From Octopus vulgaris (taxonomy: Eukaryota), in contig OX597821.1 of NCBI GenBank assembly GCA_951406725.2, forward strand, positions 72,974,001 through 73,038,000: a stretch of 64,000 bases of DNA. The letters run 5' to 3'. This document shows, in pieces, positions 55,458 to 64,000 of this stretch. The number at the start of each line of letters is the position of its first letter. Position 1 is the first letter of the stretch. Below the pieces are notes generated by a model, which had not been told where the DNA came from, searched no databases, and saw nothing but the letters and a program-made list of their open reading frames with translations. The translations under genes and the position numbers were made by a program.

Positions 55458-57887
55458 ATAGCTGAATGACCCGGCGTTGATCGGGTTACTGCTGTTCTTA
55501 TTCAGATTAGTAAACAATAAATATAAAGATATATTACCATAATTATTTCAAAATATATTTTATTAAAAAATATCCAAATTGTAACGATAATAGAACTTTG
55601 AGCTGAAAGTCTGTCAATGTTGAAGCACCTCAGGGTAAACAGTATTCAATGTGTAATTTTTTGTCGAAATGAATAAATAAATTTTTTGTCGAAATGAATA
55701 AATTGTTGATGCTTCCAAATCATGAGCAAGCAAAATAGAATTGGCCGTGGGAGAGGCATGTGGTAAAGAGATCAAGTGCAATTACCTTGAGGGATTGACC
55801 ATGAGATTTGTTAATTGAAACACCAAAACTTAATTTGACTGGAAATTGAAGCGTCTTAAATTCAGATGGAACATCTCTTAGTATAAGAGGAATTTTTGGA
55901 ATAAAGACTTTTTCTCCTTTGTGGCTACCTGTTATGATTGTTGCCTGTAGGACATGGGGCTTCATGGAAGTAACAATTAAGCGAGTTCCATTACACTGGT
56001 GAGATGGGTCAAGATTCCTAAGCAACATAATGGGAACACACAATTTTAGTGTTAAGTTATACGTTGGCACCCCAGTGGGTTTAAGTGCGTTCAGAAATTC
56101 AAGATCCTTAAGAGAAAGTATCATTTGACTGCATGTAATTTCACGTCGCTGAAGTCTTGAGTTGAATTTTAATATCCCATTATTGATCTTAAGGAGCTCG
56201 TATGATCACTTTGTAGAAGAACTCTGATGTTGCTTCGAAGATGAAGTTTTTTCACGTTTGCCAAGGTACGATTTATTTAAGGCATGCATTGACTTCATCA
56301 GCTTTTGATCCTTTGGGGGATAACTGACAATGTTTGACGAAAATCTCCTGCAAGAACTGTTACTCTTCCCATGAGTGTGCTATTGTTTTTATGTATTGGA
56401 AGGAACAGTCAAGTACTTCTGGAGCTCCACGACGTGACAGTGCACTCATCCCAAACAGTGAGGCAAGTTTGTCAGATAACTGTTGCCATTGCAGAGTTTT
56501 AGGAAATGTTGCTCATTTGAGATTCTTTCATTGCAAGGTTCAGGAGGAGCTTGAACATGGAATGATCTGTCCCCCCCCCCTTGAGGAAGGTAGCTGCAAT
56601 ACCAGAAGATGCAACACTGGAAGAAGGTTATATTTTATTTCCTCCTATTTTATTTCCTCCTATTTATGAGCGCAAGTGAAAGTGACAAAAAGATCAGGTT
56701 TCCGTATGTCCTGACATATGTCATAACATCTTCTGTTCGTTTGTGCATATATTGAGGACCATTTATGAACGATAATGAGAGGACTATAAGTTGCCCCATG
56801 TTTTGAATATTACCATCTGTCCTCAAAGCATCTTGGAGATGAACATAACTTTTAACCCTTAACTTTTTTTGATTGTTATAAATGTAGAAGAGATGCTGAC
56901 TCTCAACTTTAGCATGTCAACCAGGTATTGCTGAAATAGATGACGATACATGTGTAATTGATTTGATTGTTCTGGTTTTAATATCATTTGGAAAGAATAG
57001 TAGTCACTTGACAACACCTTTTTGTTTGTAATTGGCTCTGCAGATGCAGGTTCAATCTGTGGAATATTGAAATGATACCCATTTTGTCCATTCCACAGAA
57101 TAAGAGGATACTGGAGAGCATCGTAAAGAGGGATGAGTCTCTGAAACACGTTTAAGGTTGTTATCTCAAGCACGAATGAGAATATCACGATTTTCATGGG
57201 GGATCACCTACCATAAGGATGGCTACTTCAGTAGATGTGGGCCCATAATTGATTTGATTTGGTTAGGATTATTAAGCTAATCAAGCTCTTTGTCAAATTT
57301 GAGTGAAATCCGTTGAAATTGGTAAACTTTTGGTTGCAATTTTGCTGACAATTTGATTGGGAAATCCCATAAGAAATCGGTTTCTCGATTTTTTCCACTC
57401 ATCGATTGTTTTTTCTTTTTTCTTTTTTCATGTAACCCCACTTTGCTCATGGGTTGAGAACCCTTCCAGCAAGGAAAATAGAACGCCCAAAAGGGCTCCC
57501 GATCCTCTGTGTGAGAAGCGGTTATGTTCAGATCACAACTAAGTTTATATATATAGGCAAAACACACACACATACGAACATACACCTATTGCATACATGT
57601 TTTTGCACGCCTTTGCCCCTGCCACTGTCCCACCACCACCTCCTACCCGAGTAATACCATCAATTGAAGCAAATTTGGCACCCGGAAGTAAGTTTTGTAA
57701 CAGGAATAGAGAAGCCTACCTTCTCCCGCAGAGATGTGAAAGTCATACCTCTCCTGGTCAAACTAAAGCGTTTGACCCGGTCATAAAAACAAACAAAAAA
57801 TAGTGTAATAGGTGTAAAACAACTTCTTCTAAACGAATATGACAAAAAAATGCGCGCTCGCGAAAGGGGTGTGGGGGAGAGGCCTCG

Positions 57888-57951
<64 letters not shown>
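55458..57951 (-). mobile_element. Helitron, internally deleted, both termini present
   Basis: PIF1-type helicase motifs PIMLLRNLDPSHQCNGTRL...QFPVKLSFGVSINKSHGQSL...SHGQFYFACS at 56124-55720. Rep motifs YDALQYPL...LFQQYLVDM and GPQYMH...YGKPDLFVTFTC. 5' A|TC at 57951, 3' hairpin acccg..cgggt, then CTAT|T at 55458. Confidence 0.93.
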
Positions 57952-58019
57952 TTATATCAGATTGAATTTTCTTGAGGAAAGAAAAACCCAATGATTCGTA
58001 CTCGTGTCCTTCATCACAG

Positions 58020-58295
58020 AGAGAGGGGGGGAGAGGGAGGGAGAGAGGGAGAGATAGAGGTAGAGAGAGAGGGAGAGAGAGAGGGAGAGAGAGAGGGAGA
58101 GAGAGAGAGGATAAGAAAAAAGAAACAGGAACAGAGAGATGGAAAGAGAGCACAAAAGATAAATTGATAGAGAGCAGAAGGAGGAGGAGGAGGAGAAGAA
58201 GAAGAAGAAAAAGAAGAAGAAGAAGAAGAAGAAGAAGAAGGAGAAGAAGGAGGAGAATGAGTAGGAGTAGGAGGGGAGGAGAGGGAAGAGGAGAA
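58020..58295. repeat. Polypurine tracts: (GA)-rich 12-mers and (GAA)/(GGA)n
   Basis: Read directly. Confidence 0.95.
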
Positions 58296-59329
58296 TGATT
58301 TTAATACTAGAACTGAAAATACAAATGAAAGCAGTATATGCAGTCTAAGACGCATATGAGTTATGCAATGTCTTTCCATTTTGAAGCACTTTTAGCTGGA
58401 ACTCAACTCTGTAAAATCACTCTCATTGTCTTCGTCTTCTTTGTTGACGGTGATCTATGTTGTCTTGGAGTATTAATGATGCTACTGGTTGTGCAAGGAA
58501 GTTATATTGTTTACGCGTAAAAAGGTAACACTGAATCTCCGACTGGCTTCACAGCTTCTTCTCTGCTTGTGTCCCGTCTCTTCAGCGAGCATGTTTACGT
58601 TTATACGAAAGAAAGAACTCTTTGAATATTTTCTTATTAAAATAATCATTATGTCTGAAATAAAAAATGTCCTCGACATCATTAGTAAATATATTAGTGT
58701 AATAGTTATTCTCCTGCGCAGAAACTCAACAGCAATCAGTGTATGAACTCTTGTGAGAGTCATTAGTTAGAGGTGCCTCTGACTGACGACGAAACACAAC
58801 GATCTCGAAACACCTGATGTCCAAGGGTCCCCTGCGTTAATGAATCGAGTGTTATGACCATACATCCGTCGTAAAGGAGAAGTTGTTGTCTTGTGACGAA
58901 AGAAAACAGCGATTAGCATATTCACGTCCGAATCTGCCAGAACATTTTAAGAATAAACATGCAAGTCACCAATTCCATTCTCTCTGTTCATCGTGACTAT
59001 TTATTAATAACTTAATTTCTTACATTGGTACAAGTCAATAACCGTTTTGGGGGCAGCATAGAAGGATTCACGGTCAATTTTATTGACTTAAAAACTAGGA
59101 CTTCATGTAATCTTAGAACAGCTATATTGATGCCCAACCTTAGCATATGATCAAAAATTTCGGATCATGATTGGCCTGGTCGATTATATCGATTTTTGTA
59201 TATTACTGGTATTTATTTTATTGAACTCAGGAATATGAAAAGCGAAGTCGATTTTGGTATGATATAAAGTGAGAACGCGAATGGACGTCCTTAAACACCG
59301 CAAGGCATTTTGTTCATTGCTTTATCTAT

Positions 59330-59648
59330 TCTTATTTGTTTACTGCCCACAAGGGGCTACACACAGAGGGGACAAACAAGGACATACAAACGGATTAAGT
59401 CGATTAATTTATCGACCCCGAAAGGATGAAAGGCAAAGTCGAACTCAGAACGTAGCGACAGACGAAATTCTGCTAAGCATTTCGTCCGGCGTGCTAACGA
59501 TTCTGCCAGCTCACCACCTTATTTTTTGGAGCAACGTGAAATGAAGTGTATTGCTCAAGAACACAACGCGTTACCCGGTTCAGGAATCGAAACCACAATC
59601 TTACGATAATGATGCTGACACCCTAACCACTAAGCCACGCGCCTCCAC
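59330..59648 (-). mobile_element. Deleted CORE-SINE (59330-59520) abutting a Meta-SINE head (59528-59648)
   Basis: Match to the SINE families described above. Confidence 0.8.
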
Positions 59649-60230
59649 CACTTTAGACTGCTTTATCTATTCTGCCAATCCACTGACTTTCATCGGATTT
59701 CTGGGGTAATGGCTCTTAGAATGAGACTTGATTCCGTTTGGTTTTGCTTCAGTTCTTGGCGCTGCCATGGCACTGAAGAATCAGTCATTCTAGTTCCCCT
59801 CCTGGTCTTCATCTCTCGCTCTGCTGCTCTTCCTGCTTCCGCTGATGTTGGAGGAATTTCAACCGTGCTTCGTGGTCTGCTACCACAACAGCTCCTGTAT
59901 AGGATCCAGTTAGCTCAAGTCATCATCAAGAGGAACCACGCCCGGTTTCGGCCCCTACTCCTCTACCGTTTTGACGTGCCCCCTCCCCCCTTTGGAGGTG
60001 TCTTCAGCTCTGGTGTTGGGTGCATGTCTTCTTCTTTTTTCTGTCCCTGGCCTCTTCGATGTAGCGTCAATGGGTGTCAGCGAGCGACTGACTGTCTTGT
60101 CAAATTTTTTCCCTTTCAATACCTGCCGCTAGCCTCCAGCAGGCAGCCCCAGCAAGTTGTCACGTGACACTGTCTCAACTTTAACTAACCAATGAAGGCG
60201 TGTAGTCTTAGCCAACACATTTTCTAATGT

Positions 60231-60890
60231 CACAATACATAACAAGTACTTTATTTTATCAAAACCAACGGCAGTCGATGAATTGAGGGCAGCCATTGAA
60301 CGAGAATGCACACAAATAACACAACTGCTCCATTTTTTCCTTATTTCTCTTCACTGGGCAGAAAGGCATCGAGTGGCCCTTAATCCAATACGTATAGTAA
60401 CTAATCTTTTTCTCGTGACCCATTTGTCTGATTGACTTCTTCTTCTCGCTCCTCGGAACTTGCAGGCCTTGTGCTAAAATTTGAAACAAATATTTTTATT
60501 TCCTTTTTGTGAAATTATTGTGAATATTTACGTTTGCAATTAGGTCTGTTTACTTATCAATTATTTCAGACCTATTTTCTTTAACCTGTTAATTGATGAC
60601 GTCAGCCACAATACATGACAAGTACTTTATTTCCTCAAAACCAACGGCAGTCGACGAATTGGGGGCAGCCATTGAACGAGAATGCACACAAATACTGAAC
60701 GAAATGTTTCTTTCTGTTTGCGGTTCCATTATCGGCAATGAACCAGAACGATCATCAATTTGAAGAGTGGCGTTATGAAGAAAACATTAAATTCTTTCTG
60801 TAGATTCTACTAAAGTTTGAAATTGAAATGTATTTTAACAAACAGTAATTACAGAATCATTTAATGTGCAAATAGATTCTGGGGAAAAAC
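60231..60890 (+). mobile_element. Tc1/mariner-superfamily transposase C-terminal fragment, partly duplicated
   Basis: KPTAVDELGAAIERECTQILNEMFLSVCGSI near 60638-60730; the same 88 bp also occur at 60231-60318. Confidence 0.6.
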
Positions 60891-61456
60891 AACATATATA
60901 CGTATAGCGAATTGGCAATCGCAGGAATATTGCGAAAACGCTATGTCCTGACTTGCATACCTCGAGTCATACCCAAGCAACACGAACAACCACAACTTCC
61001 AAGAGATTTGACGGCGTCACGTGCGACTTCTCAAACAGATCTCTCTGAAAATTCTAGACTTGTCATCTAAATATATTTTCATGTTGTGTGACAAAGCTGA
61101 GTTCTTGTGAACAACATATTTAAAAACTATGGGTTTCATGTAATAGGAGCGGAGGAGCTGCACTCTGTTGTTCAAAACAGTTTGATTCAAACACCTTGGT
61201 ACTCTGAGTTTCAACCTTGTCAGAGTACCAAGGAGTTTGCATGTAACTCCCAATAAATGTGTTGAGTCCCCTTCTTTCGTTCGTTTACTCACTCGTACAT
61301 TTATGTAAATTAGGCTCAAAGTGATGTGACGAACAAAACTGGGCTACTCAGAATAAATATTAAATATTTATTAATATAGTGTAACTGTTCGAGGTTCATA
61401 AATTAGTTTCATATTCCAGATTGGCGTCTGCAACAAAAAGAAAATATGGGAAATAC

Positions 61457-61529
61457 ATTTTCGTTGCGTCTTACAACCATTTCAATAGTTTTAAATAGTA
61501 TTGAAAAGGTTGCAAGACGCAACGAAAAT
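61457..61529. repeat. Inverted repeat (31-bp arms) with degenerate hammerhead-like halves
   Basis: attttcgttgcgtcttacaaccatttcaata / tattgaaaaggttgcaagacgcaacgaaaat; a GUUGC-AAGAC-GCAAC hairpin directly precedes GAAA. Confidence 0.7.
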
Positions 61530-62159
61530 TTTAGGAAAATAAAAATAAGAAAAAAGCAGACATTTTACTTCTAAGTGTTTTAAATTATAAGGTACAAAAA
61601 GAAAATAACTCTCCCCAGACACAACAGAATATGCTTCAACACACGAACTCATATAAAGAATCTTGCAAACCAAATCCAAAAACGAAATATGGAAAATAAA
61701 CCTTGTCAGAAATCGAGTTAAAACTTGTGAATTATATTCGACTGAGCGAAGTTTCATACTTCTGAAGCTCGGTATATCTGCTGACTATTTAAATGTTATC
61801 GCAGATATCTTTTGATAAGTAGAGACCTTTCAAGAAATATTGGTTCACTACGCAACAGAATAGACTTAATACACAGTTTGATATCAACAAGTCATTCTGA
61901 CACGCTTCATTCTTTTGTTAAAATCTCTATTGACAAACTTTGTTCCTAACTAAAAACATCGAACTTAATATCAACTTATATCTCTGTCTTCGGCGTAAGA
62001 CATTTTATTATATTGTGATAGTTTAGCTCGCCTCTTGCGCTCTGATAAGCTGTGACTCACATAAACAGATGTACAACAGGAATGTACAGTTCTTCATCAC
62101 AAACACCTGCATTCCCATATATTTTTTGACCTTGCATCATTATTTATTTCCATCTTACC

Positions 62160-62204
<45 letters not shown>

Positions 62205-62245
62205 ACACACACACACACACTCACACATTCACACATACACACATT

Positions 62246-62276
<31 letters not shown>

Positions 62277-62920
62277 ACACACACATACATCACAGGCACA
62301 CATAAACATACATAGCATATATAAGGATTGCCTCATCTTGTAAGATGATAACCGTCTCACATTCGGAACATAATTTGTTATGAAATTCATTTTGAGTGAA
62401 ACTTTGAAGTACCTGGTTACGAAAATTGTTGTAATGTTGGTTAAAACTTAATTTAAAGGGTTTAATAGTAATTTTCATATGTGACAAACAACGAGTACTA
62501 TTTTTTTAAAGAGTTGGAAAACTGAAGATTTTTGAGACTGCATTTGCGACGTAGTTGGCAGTTATCCTGGTAGAAACGTTTTCAAGTAAAGCTTTTGTGG
62601 ATTGATGTCACAAGATTTGTAGATGTGTAGCGTTGTAAGAAATTTTTGTAAATAAATTTTAAAATGCTTGTCTTCTACTAATAAATATATTTATTAACAA
62701 AAAAAAAAAAATGATTTCCGCAACGCAAGTTGCAACTTGTAAGTTGAATGATGGATGGGTTTTTTTTTCAGCAGGTCTTTTCCCATAATAGTTTCAGAGC
62801 TTGTAGGGATTTAGATCTTAAAACCGTATCCTTTCTAATATGAAGTTCATTGCAATGGTAATTGTTTTAACACAAAAATCATTAAAACTTTCAGCCTTAG
62901 AAAATGTTTTCGCACCTACA

Positions 62921-62971
62921 GACTGAAAGCAATTATTTGCCATCAGAGCTATATTCTTAGCACTATTAGTC

Positions 62972-63021
<50 letters not shown>

Positions 63022-63071
63022 GACTAATAGTGCTAAGAATATAGCTCTGATGGCAAATAATTGTTTCAGTC
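62921..63071. repeat. 151-bp near-perfect palindrome with a (TA)24 centre
   Basis: 62921-62972 and 63021-63071 are reverse complements with one indel; the spacer at 62973-63020 is pure (TA)n. Confidence 0.92.
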
Positions 63072-63072
63072 C

Positions 63073-63108
<36 letters not shown>

Positions 63109-63136
63109 ATGTGTGTGTGTGTGTGTGTATTTGTGT

Positions 63137-63472
63137 TGGTTGTCTACTCCTTATGCAGAGTCTGACCACCTCTTATACCTACATCTTAGATTCATCATGG
63201 CGCCCAATGTGGCTTTTTAAACCAGACAATGTATTGAAGAGACGCCCACACAGATTGCATATCCGATTTAGACCACCAAGTGCTGCAGTTAAGTTATAAT
63301 CTTTGTGGATATTAAAATGTCTTTTCAGGATTCCGTTCGATTTGCGGACCTTATACCATGCACGGAATTGAAAGGTGTGCACAGATATAGAGGCAGAATA
63401 GTTGGTCGTGGTTCGTTTTTCATGGGTCCTCAAATGAGATTGGAGCCCAGCAAAAGAAAGGCATGGTCGGTC
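63137..63472 (-). mobile_element. RTE-like LINE 3' end with C2H2 motifs
   Basis: CNLCGRLFNTLSGLKSHIGRH and KSNGILKRH; homologous to 18184-18530. Confidence 0.75.
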
Positions 63473-63621
63473 ATATGTATGTATGTATGCATGTGTGTAT
63501 GTATGTATGTATGTATGTATGTATGTATGTATGTATATTTAATTTCATCGTCTCTCCTCAAGTATTTATATGATTTCGCTACATATTTCTGGAAGAGTGA
63601 TATTAAGCGAACGCTCTTAAT

Positions 63622-64000
63622 AGTGGTTTCAGATTTTGACACAAGGCCAGCAATTTCGGGGAAGTGGGTTAAGTCGATTACGTTGATCCCCGTTACCAAC
63701 TGGTACCTATTTTTTATCGACTCCGAAAGGATGAAAGGCAAAGTGAACTTGGACGAAATTTGAATTCAAAACGTAAAGACGGACGAAATATCCTTTCTAC
63801 TGAAGGCACAAGACCTGAAATTTTGGGGGAGGGGCCAATCGATTACATCGACCTCTCTGTTTCACTAGTACTTAATTTATCGACCCCGAAAGGATGAAAG
63901 GCAAAGTCGACCTCAGCGGGATTTGAACTCAGAACGTAAGGACAGACGAAAGATCGCTAAGCAATTTGTCCGACGTGCCAATGATTCTGTCAGCTTGCTG
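63622..64000 (-). mobile_element. Tandem CORE-SINE pair running off the window end
   Basis: Two CORE motifs with a junction at gacgaaata near 63790. Confidence 0.85.

Noticed and set aside
55720-56124. PIF1 helicase read as a host gene
   Set aside because: It lies next to Helitron Rep motifs between Helitron termini and is degenerate.

Overview
AT-rich, microsatellite-dense animal genomic DNA. The SINE repertoire (a tRNA-derived CORE-SINE of OR2 type, Meta-domain SINEs, and a SINE with an internal (TA)n(TG)n tract) points to an octopod cephalopod; this is an inference from recognition, not a database result. No intact host gene, rRNA, tRNA gene or CRISPR array is visible, and the window reads as intronic or intergenic, with at most one candidate 67-bp exon. 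It is a mosaic of decayed mobile elements: R4/Dong (RLE) LINEs, Tx1/L1-like LINEs, RTE 3' ends with C2H2 fingers, a Gypsy integrase scrap, a probable solo LTR, Tc1 and mariner deletion derivatives, a Helitron with both termini, many SINEs and a 17 x 40-bp minisatellite. Most ORFs in the supplied track are microsatellite artefacts. The most interesting signal is a recurring set of short non-coding fold-back (palindromic) elements, mostly in or beside (TA)n-type microsatellites, that carry type I hammerhead ribozyme (HHR) motifs reading outward from the palindrome centre. The clearest is a perfect 467-bp palindrome at 17639-18105 with one HHR per strand. They look like inverted pseudo-LTRs of Penelope-like elements or retrozyme-like derivatives, from several unrelated sequence families. 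All RNA folds were done by eye and none has been tested computationally or experimentally. Element boundaries without TSD or TIR support are approximate.
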